A stretch of 64,000 nt of DNA from an uncultured Oscillospiraceae bacterium (GTDB taxonomy: Bacteria > Bacillota > Clostridia > RUG12999): the NCBI GenBank assembly GCA_964418245.1, contig CAYQKW010000002.1, forward strand, positions 9,415 to 73,414, read 5' to 3'. This document shows, piece after piece, positions 10,243 to 20,322 of the stretch (its first letter is position 1; every line of letters starts with the position of its first letter). Below the pieces are notes generated by a model. It ran no database searches. It worked only from the letters and a program-made list of their open reading frames with translations, and was not told the origin of the DNA. Made by a program: the position numbers and the translations under genes.

Positions 10243-11301
10243 ATGGATATAGCGAAAATCGACCCGAATTTCAGTATAAAAACCGTTGCGGATGGTCTTG
10301 ATATAACTTATTACGACGCAAAGGAATCTCCGATTAGGCTTTTCGGTGTATTTTACGAAAACGATAAATACGTAAGAATGCCTGAAAGGGTTGCCAAAAA
10401 TGTTTCCGAGGGAGTTCGGGCATTGTATCATAACACTGCCGGCGGAAGAATGTGTTTCAAAACAAATTCAAGATATGTTGTTCTTGCCGCAAAGACATAC
10501 TGTGCGAGCAAAATGCCGCATATGACAACGCTCGGAAGCGCGGCGTTTGATTTGTATGTTAGAGATGAATATTTCGGGGCGTTCATGCCGGAATATAATT
10601 TTGATGAGTCATATAACAGTGTTTTGGATTTCGGAACGGAAGAAATGCGTGAAATAACGGTTAATTTCCCGTTATACAGCGGAATATCGGAGGTATATAT
10701 AGGTGTAACCACAGGTGCGGAAATCGAAGAATATTATCCGTATAAAAAGGTATTGCCGATTGTTTATTACGGGTCGTCAATTACGCAGGGGGGATGTGCA
10801 ACGCGTCCGGGCAACACATATCAGGCGGAAATAGCACGGCGAACCGGCGTTGATTACATAAATTTGGGATTTTCCGGGAGTGCAAAAGGCGAAAAATCAA
10901 TGGCGGAATATATTGCCGAACTTAATATGAGTATATTTGTTATGGATTATGACTATAATGCACCCACTCCGGAATATCTTAAAGAAACGCATGAAGAATT
11001 TTTTAAGATAGTACGAAAAGAAAATAAAGACTTACCTGTGATTTTTGTCACAAAACCTGATTTTTGCAATCACGACGGAAAAATGCGAAGAGATGTTGTT
11101 TATACAACATACAGAAATGCAATGCTCACCGGCGATGAAAATGTGACTTTTATTGACGGAAGTACGTTTTTTGTAGGCGCAAAAAGAGATTTCTGCACGG
11201 TTGACGGTTGTCATCCGAACGATATGGGATTTTATTATATGGCGGAATCAATCGGTGAAGTGATTGAAAAAATTTTGCAACACGGTAAAGTTATAATATA
11301 G
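10243..11301 (+). CDS. SGNH/GDSL-family hydrolase with N-terminal accessory domain
   Basis: Block I YYGSSITQGG, block II GFSGSAKGE, block V DGCHPND. Start moved to ATG 10243 (GAAAGGA SD 9 nt upstream; ORF-track ATG 10234 abuts the SD). Confidence 0.8.
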   Translation: MDIAKIDPNFSIKTVADGLDITYYDAKESPIRLFGVFYENDKYVRMPERVAKNVSEGVRALYHNTAGGRMCFKTNSRYVVLAAKTYCASKMPHMTTLGSAAFDLYVRDEYFGAFMPEYNFDESYNSVLDFGTEEMREITVNFPLYSGISEVYIGVTTGAEIEEYYPYKKVLPIVYYGSSITQGGCATRPGNTYQAEIARRTGVDYINLGFSGSAKGEKSMAEYIAELNMSIFVMDYDYNAPTPEYLKETHEEFFKIVRKENKDLPVIFVTKPDFCNHDGKMRRDVVYTTYRNAMLTGDENVTFIDGSTFFVGAKRDFCTVDGCHPNDMGFYYMAESIGEVIEKILQHGKVII

Positions 11302-11387
11302 ATATTTTGCTGTAAACACGTCTTCTCTGCCCATGGGCGGACGTTGGATTTTTATAATTATTATGGGCAGAAAGGTAATGAAAAAGT

Positions 11388-11993
11388 ATGAATAAGATAA
11401 TAACAATAAGCAGACAATTCGGAAGCGGCGGCGGAGAAATCGGCAAAAAGTTGGCGGAAGAATTAAATATTCCGTTTTATGACAAAAACATAATCAATAT
11501 TGCCGCAAAAGACAGTGGTTTCAGTGAAGATATTCTGGAATATTCCGAAGAAATGCCTATAAACAGTTTGCTGTATTCAATTGCAACCGGCAACGGAATG
11601 GGCGGTATCGGTCTTACAGGTCTGCCGCTTGGTGATAAGCTGTTTCTTGCACAGTTTGATGCAATAAAAAAAATTGCCGCTGAAGGTCCTTGTGTAATCA
11701 TAGGCAGATGTGCGGACTATGTCTTGAACGACATAGACAACGTGATAAACATATTTATACATGCGGATTTTGAAAAACGTCGAGAACGTATTGCAAAAAC
11801 ACATTCTTTGACAGACGAAGAAGCCAAGAAGAAAATTGACAAAGTAGATAAACGCAGAGCGGCATATTATTATCATTATACTCTCGAAAAATGGGGTACA
11901 GTGACAAGATATGATTTGTGTGTAAACAGCTCGACGCTCGGAATTGACGGAACAACGGCAATAATAAAGCAATTTATTGAATCGTGCAAATAA
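11388..11993 (+). CDS. Cytidylate-kinase-like family protein (AAA/P-loop)
   Basis: 201 aa; ITISRQFGSGGGEIGKKLAEELNIPFYDK N-terminus typical of this family. Confidence 0.7.
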   Translation: MNKIITISRQFGSGGGEIGKKLAEELNIPFYDKNIINIAAKDSGFSEDILEYSEEMPINSLLYSIATGNGMGGIGLTGLPLGDKLFLAQFDAIKKIAAEGPCVIIGRCADYVLNDIDNVINIFIHADFEKRRERIAKTHSLTDEEAKKKIDKVDKRRAAYYYHYTLEKWGTVTRYDLCVNSSTLGIDGTTAIIKQFIESCK

Positions 11994-12010
11994 TCAAATA
12001 GCAACCCCAT

Positions 12011-12739
12011 TTATCTGTTTTTCGGATAAATGGGGTTAATACATGCGTTCAATTTGTTTCCTTCAAAATTGCAGTATAAATGCTGAATATTTTTCTTTTC
12101 TGCCATGTCATATAATTTCACTGCCGTATCATTCGGGTTTTGATTCGGACGGTTATTTTCTTCGGCACCCGCCATGCCCTGCGGAGTAATCATCCAACCG
12201 GGATGCACCGAATGAAATTTAATATTCGGATATGCATTGCACATTATTTTTGTTGCCATGTTCTGTGCCGCTTTAGACATACAATATCCGTATTCGCATT
12301 TACGCCAACAATCTGTAATCGAACCGGCTTCGGAAGATAAATTTATTACGAATTTTATTTCGGATTTTTCAACCATAGGCAAAAATTCACGCGGCATACG
12401 TATAACACCAACGGCATTTACGTCAAATTGCCGAAATATAATATCAAAATCGAAGTCCGAATTATCGAGCGGTACTCTTTTGCTATCAAGCCAAACACCG
12501 GCATTGTTGAAAAGAATATCAACGGAATCGGTATGCTCGGATATGAATTTTTTTGCGTTTTGCACCGATTCATAACTCGTTACGTCACAGATATATGTAT
12601 GACAGCCGTTCAGTTCGTTCAGTTCGTTGCTTATGTTAATATCAAGCGCAAAAACGGTATATCCGCGATTAATTCCTTCTTTTGCGAGAGCCAGTCCGAG
12701 TCCCTGCGATGCACCTGTGATGACAACGGTTTTATTCAT
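12011..12739 (-). CDS. Short-chain dehydrogenase/reductase (SDR)
   Basis: TGASQGLGLA cofactor motif, YxxxK (YCMSKAA). Start moved to ATG 12739 (MNKTVVITGAS), overlapping the upstream ADH stop by 8 nt. Confidence 0.85.
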   Translation of the reverse strand: MNKTVVITGASQGLGLALAKEGINRGYTVFALDINISNELNELNGCHTYICDVTSYESVQNAKKFISEHTDSVDILFNNAGVWLDSKRVPLDNSDFDFDIIFRQFDVNAVGVIRMPREFLPMVEKSEIKFVINLSSEAGSITDCWRKCEYGYCMSKAAQNMATKIMCNAYPNIKFHSVHPGWMITPQGMAGAEENNRPNQNPNDTAVKLYDMAEKKNIQHLYCNFEGNKLNACINPIYPKNR

Positions 12740-13724
12740 CACATTTAACAGCTCCTTTGATAAAGTTGTTGGTGTGGTTTTCCATATCATAATTTGCTTT
12801 GTCGAACTCATCCATGGTGTATATGTGTTTTGTGGCACCTGTAAATTTCCATATTCCTTTGGAAATCAAATCAAGACCTCTTCTGCAAAGCTCCGTTTCA
12901 AATTCAATTCTTCTTTCGTGGCAGTTTATAAGAGTTATTGCTTTCATATTCCAAAGTTTGAAATCAACGGTTCTGTCGCAATCGTTATGAAAACCGCCGA
13001 CACCTACACGACCGTGTGCGCAAGCAAGCTCACCGGCAAGGTTAAGTCCGCTTGGGGTTCCCGAAAATTCCATAACATTTTTACAGCCTATGTTGAAAAT
13101 ATCGGTTTTGTGACCGTCACGGGTTAAATCGGGGCTTTCCCAAGTTTTCCAGCCGAGGTATTCGTTCGAGGCGAGTATTTCATCCGGATGATGAACTTCG
13201 TCGGCACCGTATTTCAAAGCATTTTCACGTGCTTCTTCACGAATATCTATAGCAACAACATGTCCGTATCCCATTGCTTTAAACATAGATACCATTCCGA
13301 GACCCATATAACCTGTTCCGACAACAACTATTTCATCTCCGAAAATTTCAGGCATCATTCTTGAACCTACACTCATAAGACATCCCAAAGGTTCGACAAT
13401 TGCATCTTCATCTTTTATATTTTCCGGAATGTGCATAACTTTTTTCGGTTCCATAACAATATATTCTTTATATCCGCCTCCGCCGAGTCCCGTAACGCGG
13501 TCGCCGACACTGAATCCTTTTATGTTTCTTCCCACTTCGGCAACATATCCCATTGTTTCATGCCCGAAAACATCTCCCGGATTTGCAACGCTCCACGGAT
13601 ACCATTCGGAGTGGCACATTCCGGTGTAGCGTACTTTAACAAGTATTTGGTCGTCATTGATTTTAGGAATATCCACTTCAATTACTTTGCTTTTTTTCGG
13701 ACCCTCCATAATTATTTGTTTCAT
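12732..13724 (-). CDS. Zinc-dependent medium-chain alcohol/polyol dehydrogenase
   Basis: GMCHSEW / GHETMGYV zinc-ligand region, VVGTGYMG Rossmann motif. Start moved to ATG 13724 (AAAGGA SD 8 nt upstream). Confidence 0.85.
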   Translation of the reverse strand: MKQIIMEGPKKSKVIEVDIPKINDDQILVKVRYTGMCHSEWYPWSVANPGDVFGHETMGYVAEVGRNIKGFSVGDRVTGLGGGGYKEYIVMEPKKVMHIPENIKDEDAIVEPLGCLMSVGSRMMPEIFGDEIVVVGTGYMGLGMVSMFKAMGYGHVVAIDIREEARENALKYGADEVHHPDEILASNEYLGWKTWESPDLTRDGHKTDIFNIGCKNVMEFSGTPSGLNLAGELACAHGRVGVGGFHNDCDRTVDFKLWNMKAITLINCHERRIEFETELCRRGLDLISKGIWKFTGATKHIYTMDEFDKANYDMENHTNNFIKGAVKCDE

Positions 13725-13885
13725 TACAATCATCCTTTCTTATTAAATTTGTTTGTGTTTTTATTTTATCATATACAGGTTGTGCAATGAATAAATAATC
13801 TATAGAAAAAGATGGACAAATCGGTTATTTTGTGATAAAATATAAATTATACAAAATTATATCTGAAAAAAAGAGAGGGATTGAC

Positions 13886-14611
13886 ATGGAATTGTTTTCA
13901 TGCGGCGCAAGCCGCAATATAACAGGATTTTCGGAACACAAACATCCTTGTTTTGAAATCGTTATAACCACCGACGGATTGGGAGAAACCGTTATGGGAG
14001 ACTTGAAAATACCGGTATCGCAGGGCAGTGTCATTGTAATACCTCCGGGTATTTCACACGAGCACAAAAGTATTGATGTGTTTTCGGATATGTTTATTCA
14101 GCTTACGGATGCACAGCTGCCAAACGAAATTTTTCATTTTAAAGATACAACATTTGAAATATGCAATCTTGCTAAAATGATTTATACAAATTATATAAAA
14201 AAAGAAAATAATTACAGTGCGATACTCCAATATCTCACAGGCGCTTTTTATGAATATATATTAAAATATACCGGAAATAAATTCAAATATGAATTTGTGT
14301 TTGAATTAAAAAATATACTTGTTGATAATTTGGCAAATTCGGAATTTGTTATTTCTGCCGCCGTTAAAAGTTTGGGAGTGAGTTATGAATATATGCGTCA
14401 CTGTTTTAAAGAAGAAACAGGGCACACGCCTCTTGAATATCTCACGAAAATAAGAATACAACAAGCAAAGGAATATCTTGTAACATCAAAATTTTATTCT
14501 GTTTCGGCAGTTGCGTTTTTGTGCGGATTTTCTGACGCGTATTATTTTTCGCGCTGTTTTAAAAAATACACCGGAATATCTCCGGCGGAATACCGAAAAA
14601 CAAAGATTTAA
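13886..14611 (+). CDS. AraC-family transcriptional regulator
   Basis: Cupin-like N-domain plus HTH (YMRHCFKEETGHTPLEYLTKIRIQQAKEYL...CGFSDAYYFSRCFKKYTG). Start at ATG 13886 behind AGAGAGGGA; divergent from ADH/SDR. Confidence 0.8.
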   Translation: MELFSCGASRNITGFSEHKHPCFEIVITTDGLGETVMGDLKIPVSQGSVIVIPPGISHEHKSIDVFSDMFIQLTDAQLPNEIFHFKDTTFEICNLAKMIYTNYIKKENNYSAILQYLTGAFYEYILKYTGNKFKYEFVFELKNILVDNLANSEFVISAAVKSLGVSYEYMRHCFKEETGHTPLEYLTKIRIQQAKEYLVTSKFYSVSAVAFLCGFSDAYYFSRCFKKYTGISPAEYRKTKI

Positions 14612-14638
14612 AAATCAACCGCAAACATATAAAAAACA

Positions 14639-14673
14639 AGGTTCTTTGCCCACGGTATTCGGGCAAAGAACCT
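14639..14673. terminator. Bidirectional rho-independent terminator (AraC gene / prs convergent)
   Basis: 13-bp perfect stem aggttctttgccc / gggcaaagaacct, 9-nt loop, A-run upstream. Confidence 0.7.
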
Positions 14674-14678
14674 CGTGA

Positions 14679-15674
14679 TTATGTATTTTTAAGTTCGTCC
14701 GATTTCTGGTCGGGTTCAACATAAAGAGGACTAACCGAAATATCTTCGTAAATTCTCTTGATTGCTTCGGCACAAATCGGTGCAACAGACAATACTTTTA
14801 TGTTGTCAAGCGTATGCTCTTTTGTGAGCGGCACTGTATCAAGAACGACAAGCTGTTCAATACACGATGCCTTAAGCCTTTCTATTGCCGGACCGGACAA
14901 AACAGCGTGAGTACAGCAAGCATAAACAGCTTTTGCACCGTTTTTCTTGAGTGCTTCCGCACCAACGGTAATTGTTCCGGCAGTATCTATCATATCATCA
15001 ACCATGATACAATATTTGTCTTTAATGTCACCTATAATGTTCATTACTTCAACAGCATTAGGTCTCGGACGGCGTTTATCAACAATTGCAAACGGCACAT
15101 TCAGTCTTTGTGCAAACTGTCTTGCTCTGCCGACACTTCCGTGGTCGGGCGAAACGATTACAACATCTTCAATAACATTTTTCATTTGATGTTTGAAATA
15201 GTTCGCAAGAAGCGGAAGTCCGTATAAATGGTCTACGGGAATGTTGAAAAATCCTTGAATCTGCGGCGCGTGAAGGTCTAAAGTAAGAACTCTGTCGGCA
15301 CCTGCTGCTGTGATTAAATCAGCCACTAACTTGGCAGATATAGGATCACGCGCTTTGGCTTTTCTGTCCTGACGTGCGTAACCGAAATATGGGATTACCG
15401 CTGTGATGCGTGCGGCTGATGCGCGCTTGAAAGCATCAATCATAATGAGCAGTTCCATTATATTATCGTTTACCGGACTACAGGTGGATTGCAGCACAAA
15501 GACCTCTGAACCTCTCACTGTTTCGTTAATGTTGCAGAAAATCTCGCCGTCACTGAAAGTTTTAACATCGGAATTTCCGAGAGGTATGTTGAGCTTTGCG
15601 GCAATTTCTTTGGCAAGTTTTCTGTGTGAGTTCCCCGCAAAAAGTTTAATATTTTTTCCGTGGGTGGCTATCAT
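14679..15674 (-). CDS. prs: Ribose-phosphate pyrophosphokinase
   Basis: [34 protein letters not shown] motifs. Start moved to ATG 15674 (AGGAG 8 nt upstream; ORF-track GTG lies inside the SD). Confidence 0.95.
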   Translation of the reverse strand: MIATHGKNIKLFAGNSHRKLAKEIAAKLNIPLGNSDVKTFSDGEIFCNINETVRGSEVFVLQSTCSPVNDNIMELLIMIDAFKRASAARITAVIPYFGYARQDRKAKARDPISAKLVADLITAAGADRVLTLDLHAPQIQGFFNIPVDHLYGLPLLANYFKHQMKNVIEDVVIVSPDHGSVGRARQFAQRLNVPFAIVDKRRPRPNAVEVMNIIGDIKDKYCIMVDDMIDTAGTITVGAEALKKNGAKAVYACCTHAVLSGPAIERLKASCIEQLVVLDTVPLTKEHTLDNIKVLSVAPICAEAIKRIYEDISVSPLYVEPDQKSDELKNT

Positions 15675-15705
15675 CAGTATCACTCCTAAATAATTTGATA
15701 CTTTA

Positions 15706-15734
15706 ATTATATACCTTTATTGTTATATTGTCAA
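15706..15734 (-). promoter_or_regulatory. Candidate sigma-A promoter for prs
   Basis: Reverse strand TTGACA(15734-15729)-N17-TATAAT(15711-15706), perfect consensus. Confidence 0.55.
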
Positions 15735-15783
15735 TACATTATATGCTTAATTTTCAACAAAATATTATATTTTTTTTGTTGAA

Positions 15784-17034
15784 TTATGGCATAGACGGAA
15801 AAATTATTTCGGATAAATCTTTGTATAAATAAAGAGAACCGCAGATTATCGTTAAGGCGTTATCGCATTTTGCCGCATTGAGAGCTTCTTCAAGACCGAT
15901 CATCGGTTCGGCACATATTCCGGCACTCCGCGCTTCGTTTGCCGTTAGGGTTGCATCGGCCGCACGCGGATTATTTTTAACCGTAACCGTATACATTTTT
16001 TTTATTCCGGCATTTTTTAATATTTCAAATTCCTCACGCATATCTTTGTCTTTCATACACGAAAATATAAATATCTTGTCGGTTTCTTTAAAATATCTGT
16101 TCAAATTATCGGTAAGTGATTGCGCACCGTCCGGATTATGCGCACCGTCGTATATCGTGTTTTCGTCAAGTAACTCAAATCTTGCCGGATTAGAGGCGTT
16201 TTTGATGCCGCTTGCAATATATTCAGGGTTTATACCGAGCCGCAATGCGGTTTCTGCCGCAAGACAAGCATTTTCGATTTGATTTATTCCGCAAAGCCCG
16301 GAGGTTATATTTTTCAGTGTTTTGTATGAAAATATTTCATGGGCATTGCGATATTCCGAGGGTGTGGGAAAATTAACCGCAAAAATCTCGTTTTGGTTTT
16401 GCATCGCCGCTGTTTCAAGCACATTGTATACTCCAACATTGCTTGATGTTGTAACGCAAAAGCCGCCTTTTTTAATTATACCGACCTTTGCACGTGCGAT
16501 TTCATTTATATCGTTCCCCAAATATTCAACGTGGTCACGGCTGATTTTTGTTATCACCGAACATATATTTGTATCTATTATATTGGTAGCATCTTTTTCG
16601 CCGCCCAGTCCCGTTTCAAGTACAACAATTTCACAGCCGGAACGCAAAAAATATAAAAATGCGGCGGCTGTCCATATCTCAAATTGAGTCGGAGAAATAC
16701 CTTCGGGAAGTAAATTGCAGTATTTTTCCATTTCAACCAAAAGGTTTTCCATTTCGGTTTCCGAAATATTTTTTCCGTCAACCGAAATCCGTTCACATAC
16801 CGATATTAAATTCGGAGATGTATATTTACCGGTTTTAATACCCGAACCGGTCAGTATCTCTTGTAAAAACGCGCATACCGAACCTTTTCCGTTTGTTCCG
16901 GCAACGTGAATGAATTTCAGGTTTTTCTGCGGATTTCCCATGACATCAAGCAATGTGCGTATTGCCTCAAGCCCGGGTTTTGCAATTGCCTGAAAACTGT
17001 TTGCGAATGCTTTGAATTTATCCAATTTTATCAA
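15784..17034 (-). CDS. folC: Folylpolyglutamate synthase / dihydrofolate synthase
   Basis: 416 aa Mur-ligase fold, P-loop HVAGTNGKGS; start overlaps folT end by 17 nt. Confidence 0.9.
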   Translation of the reverse strand: MIKLDKFKAFANSFQAIAKPGLEAIRTLLDVMGNPQKNLKFIHVAGTNGKGSVCAFLQEILTGSGIKTGKYTSPNLISVCERISVDGKNISETEMENLLVEMEKYCNLLPEGISPTQFEIWTAAAFLYFLRSGCEIVVLETGLGGEKDATNIIDTNICSVITKISRDHVEYLGNDINEIARAKVGIIKKGGFCVTTSSNVGVYNVLETAAMQNQNEIFAVNFPTPSEYRNAHEIFSYKTLKNITSGLCGINQIENACLAAETALRLGINPEYIASGIKNASNPARFELLDENTIYDGAHNPDGAQSLTDNLNRYFKETDKIFIFSCMKDKDMREEFEILKNAGIKKMYTVTVKNNPRAADATLTANEARSAGICAEPMIGLEEALNAAKCDNALTIICGSLYLYKDLSEIIFPSMP

Positions 17035-17527
17035 CCGCCTTTCTCAATGTTTTGTTTTTTCTTAATATCAGAAGCAGTGCAATTTGTATCGCCGCATTTA
17101 AAACCGCTGTAGGTAAACGTGTGATGATTGCCGCCGAATATTTGTTACCGAAAAAAGCTTTCAATACATAAGAAGTACCGAACAGATTTATTACAAGCAT
17201 TTGCAGTACGGCGCAAATTACAATTTTAAATATGCTTATATCTTTTTTATAAAACATTATCCCAAAAATATATCCGTAAATAAATTCAACGGCACTTACC
17301 TGCGGTAAAAATGCTCCGGTAGGCGAAAGCAAATAGGCGATAATATCAGATATAATGCCGACGGCACCGCCTGTCAGCGGTCCGAAAAGATATGCGGATA
17401 TAAATACGGTTATGAATTTAAACGTTATTTTAATACCGCCGCCTATCCGTATCGTCAAATACGTACCGAGCACAACACTCAGCGCAATAAGCATCGAAAC
17501 AATACAAAGTTTTTTGGTTTTGAACAT
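17018..17527 (-). CDS. folT: ECF transporter S component, folate family
   Basis: 169 aa, 5-6 TM helices. Start moved to ATG 17527 (MFKTKKLCIV...; AAGGAG 8 nt upstream); sits behind a THF riboswitch and is coupled to folC. Confidence 0.8.
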   Translation of the reverse strand: MFKTKKLCIVSMLIALSVVLGTYLTIRIGGGIKITFKFITVFISAYLFGPLTGGAVGIISDIIAYLLSPTGAFLPQVSAVEFIYGYIFGIMFYKKDISIFKIVICAVLQMLVINLFGTSYVLKAFFGNKYSAAIITRLPTAVLNAAIQIALLLILRKNKTLRKAVDKIG

Positions 17528-17603
17528 AAAAAAACTCCTTTGTCTTACAGAATCAAGCACAGTTATACAAAGACTAAAGGATATAAAATTATTTAGTTTT
17601 TGC

Positions 17604-17702
17604 AGCAACGGAATGCAAAACAAATATCGCAAATTTCCATTTTTCGTAAAAGAGACAACTTCCCGTCCTCTTTTCACTTAACGCATTTGTTTCTACTTTG
17701 CT
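17604..17702 (-). promoter_or_regulatory. THF (tetrahydrofolate) riboswitch aptamer
   Basis: Reverse strand AGCAAAGUAGAAACAAAUGCGUUAAGUGAAAAGAGGACGGGAAGUUGUCUCUUUUACGAAAAAUGGAAAUUUGCGAUAUUUGUUUUGCAUUCCGUUGCU. It shares GUAG, GCGUUAAGUG, GGGA.GU, ACGAA and GCAU.CCG with the recalled Eubacterium siraeum THF riboswitch. Covarying helices AAACAAAU/AUUUGUUU and AAAAGAG/CUCUUUU, and a P1 AGCAA/UUGCU. Confidence 0.8.
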
Positions 17703-17714
17703 TTAACACTGATT

Positions 17715-17743
17715 ATTATAGCCTTTTTTTAATGCAAAGTCAA
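17715..17743 (-). promoter_or_regulatory. Candidate sigma-A promoter driving riboswitch-folT-folC
   Basis: Reverse strand TTGACT(17743-17738)-N17-TATAAT(17720-17715), about 12 nt before the riboswitch P1. Confidence 0.6.
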
Positions 17744-17782
17744 CAAAATTTTCAAAAATCTTCCTAATGCACAAAAAAAGTA

Positions 17783-17811
17783 TTGATTTTAATTTTAAAA
17801 TATGGTATAAT
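17783..17811 (+). promoter_or_regulatory. Candidate sigma-A promoter for the amino-acid ABC operon
   Basis: TTGATT-N17-TATAAT with TGG extended -10 (17803-17811). Confidence 0.55.
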
Positions 17812-17854
17812 ATACATATGTGATTAAAAAATAAATTATAAAGGAGTAATTACA

Positions 17855-18640
17855 ATGAAAAAATTAACAGCACTTTTACTTACACTGGCACTCGGATTGT
17901 CGTTTGCCGGTTGCGGAACAAAAAATGACACGGAACAAAACAATGCGGAAAACAAATCCGAAAGCAAAAACTATGTCATTGCCACAGACAAAGGTTTCAG
18001 CCCGTTTGAGTTCCAAGATGCCGAAGGAAACATCGTAGGTATCGATATGGATATTCTTGCGGCTATAGCCGAAGATCAGAATTTCACATACGACCTTCAG
18101 TATGTCGGTTGGGATGCCGCAATTGCGGCTTGTCAGGCAGGTCAGGCAAATGCCATGATTGCCGGGGCTTCGATTACGGAAGAAAGAAAAAATTCCGGCT
18201 GGACTTTCTCGGACGGTTACTATGATGCAACACAGGGAATGGCTGTTGCCAAAGATTCCGATATTAAAGGATTTGAAGATTTAAAAGGTCTTAAAGTTGC
18301 GGTTAAAAACGGAACAATGAGCAATCAGTATGCCGACAGCATTAAAGATGAATACGGTTTTGAAGTTGTTACATTCTCAACATCACCGGATATGTATCAA
18401 GCAGTTATAGGCGGTCAGGTTGCGGCTTGTATGGATGATACGCCGATACTTAAATACAACATCAAAATCGGAGAACTTGATTTAAAATTTGTTGAAGGTA
18501 CCGAAAACGAACCGGCACAATACGGTATGGCGATATTCAGCGACGACAACAAAGAACTTCTTGAAGTATTCAACAAAGGTCTTAAAAACATTAAAGAAAA
18601 CGGAAAATATGATGAAATAATAAAAAAATATCTCGGTTAA
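17855..18640 (+). CDS. Amino-acid ABC transporter substrate-binding lipoprotein
   Basis: Lipobox LSFAGCG; family-3 solute-binding fold (polar amino-acid type). Confidence 0.9.
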   Translation: MKKLTALLLTLALGLSFAGCGTKNDTEQNNAENKSESKNYVIATDKGFSPFEFQDAEGNIVGIDMDILAAIAEDQNFTYDLQYVGWDAAIAACQAGQANAMIAGASITEERKNSGWTFSDGYYDATQGMAVAKDSDIKGFEDLKGLKVAVKNGTMSNQYADSIKDEYGFEVVTFSTSPDMYQAVIGGQVAACMDDTPILKYNIKIGELDLKFVEGTENEPAQYGMAIFSDDNKELLEVFNKGLKNIKENGKYDEIIKKYLG

Positions 18641-18666
18641 TTATTTATAAGCGAATAAACCGCAGA

Positions 18667-18703
18667 GGGGATGCGGCAGAATGGATTTGTTTTGCCGCAC
18701 CCC
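18667..18703 (+). other. Intercistronic GC-rich hairpin between binding-protein and permease genes
   Basis: GGGG(A)TGCGGCA / TGCCGCACCCC, 11 bp with one bulged A, 14-nt loop, no T-run. Confidence 0.5.
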
Positions 18704-18799
18704 TTGCGGAATGTTTGCGGCTCTTATCCTTTAGCCCTGCGATAAGAGAAATAAATCGACACAAAGCTGTGCAGGGCGGCGGAATGGAGTTTGAAAAAT

Positions 18800-19465
18800 A
18801 TGAGCCAACTTATAAATACATACGGTGCAATGCTGATGACTGCCATGGGTCAAACGTTGCTGCTTGCACTGTGGGGACTTGCTTTTGGCTGTGTTTTGGG
18901 AATAATTTTTGGGTTACTGAGCGTGGTTGATAATAAAATTTGCAACGTGATTTCCGTCATTTATGTAAATCTTATACGCGGAGTACCGATGATAGTTCTG
19001 GCGTTTTTTGTTTTTTACGGGGTGCCCTACGGATTAAAAAACTTCGGAGTGCGTATGACTTTTTCCGCACTTCAGGCAGGTACTATTTGTCTGGCACTTA
19101 ACTGTGGTGCATATATGGCAGAAATTATCCGTGCAGGCATTCAGTCCATTGACCCCGGTCAGATGGAAGCGGCAAGAAGTCTCGGATTGCCGTATTGGAG
19201 ATCAATGTTCAGGGTTGTTCTTCCGCAGGCAATAAAAAATATGATTCCGAGCATAGTAAACCAGTTTATAATAACACTTAAAGATACATCAATACTTTCG
19301 GTCATAGGTTTTCCCGAACTTGTGAACAAGGCTCAGAATGTTATTGCGATTACATTTAAATCTTTTCAAATATGGACGATTGTCGCAGTTATGTATCTTG
19401 TGATTATCCTTGCACTTCAGCAAGTTGCAAATGCACTGGAAAGGAGACTGAAATATGGCAGATAA
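18800..19465 (+). CDS. Amino-acid ABC transporter permease
   Basis: EAA-type loop [22 protein letters not shown]. Start moved to ATG 18800 (GGAG 10 nt upstream). Confidence 0.9.
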   Translation: MSQLINTYGAMLMTAMGQTLLLALWGLAFGCVLGIIFGLLSVVDNKICNVISVIYVNLIRGVPMIVLAFFVFYGVPYGLKNFGVRMTFSALQAGTICLALNCGAYMAEIIRAGIQSIDPGQMEAARSLGLPYWRSMFRVVLPQAIKNMIPSIVNQFIITLKDTSILSVIGFPELVNKAQNVIAITFKSFQIWTIVAVMYLVIILALQQVANALERRLKYGR

Positions 19466-20192
19466 TATTAAAATCAGTGTCCGCGGACTTAATAAAAAGT
19501 TTGGTCACAACGAAGTATTAAAACATATATCAACAGAAATCCGCGAAGGCGAAGTTGTGGTTATAATCGGTCCGTCGGGTTCGGGTAAATCGACTTTTTT
19601 AAGATGCATGAACCGTCTTGAAAGCATTACCGGCGGTCAGATAATTGTTGACGGATATGACATTTCGGATAAAAAAATAAACATAAACAAAGTACGCGAA
19701 AATGTTGGTATGGTTTTTCAGCATTTTAATCTTTTTAATAATTTAAATGTCATTAAGAACCTTATGCTTGCACCTGTGGATTTGAAAAAAGCCACAAAAG
19801 AAGAAGCAAAAAAACAGGCAATGCACATGCTTGAAAAGGTCGGGCTTGCAGACAAGGCGGAAGCATATCCGTCACAGCTTTCCGGCGGACAGAAACAAAG
19901 GGTTGCAATCGCCAGGGCTTTATGCATGAATCCGGATATTATGCTTTTCGACGAACCGACATCTGCGCTTGACCCGGAAATGGTCGGCGAGGTTTTGCAG
20001 GTTATGAAACAGCTTGCCGCCGATGGAATGACAATGGTTATTGTTACACATGAAATGGGTTTTGCACGCGAGGTTGCCGACCGTGTAATATTCATTGATG
20101 ACGGAATTATAATGGAAGAAGGAACGCCGGCAGAAGTGTTCGGAAATCCGAAAAATCCAAGAGCAATAGATTTCTTGAATAAAGTTCTTTAA
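19455..20192 (+). CDS. Amino-acid ABC transporter ATP-binding protein
   Basis: Walker [10 protein letters not shown], signature [15 protein letters not shown], Walker [12 protein letters not shown]. Confidence 0.95.
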   Translation: MADNIKISVRGLNKKFGHNEVLKHISTEIREGEVVVIIGPSGSGKSTFLRCMNRLESITGGQIIVDGYDISDKKININKVRENVGMVFQHFNLFNNLNVIKNLMLAPVDLKKATKEEAKKQAMHMLEKVGLADKAEAYPSQLSGGQKQRVAIARALCMNPDIMLFDEPTSALDPEMVGEVLQVMKQLAADGMTMVIVTHEMGFAREVADRVIFIDDGIIMEEGTPAEVFGNPKNPRAIDFLNKVL

Positions 20193-20232
20193 AAACATTA
20201 ACGCTGATTGTTTCCGAATCCGACGGAAACGG

Positions 20233-20259
20233 CGGACCTGAAAATCAGGTCCGATTTTT
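20233..20259 (+). terminator. Rho-independent terminator of the ABC operon
   Basis: cggacctga-aaa-tcaggtccg (9-bp perfect stem) followed by ATTTTT. Confidence 0.75.
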
Positions 20260-20322
20260 GTATTGATAAAACAATTCGGCATAATTACAATACTGCGCCG
20301 AAAGTTAAAAGGAGCAACAAAT

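Noticed and set aside
17528-17677. 50-codon 5' extension of the folT ORF
   Set aside because: It covers the THF riboswitch and expression platform. The hydrophobic FolT sequence starts at ATG 17527 behind AAGGAG.
18715-18930. 71-aa ORF spanning the ABC spacer and the permease start
   Set aside because: It starts inside the spacer just past the hairpin and overlaps the permease gene out of frame, with no SD.
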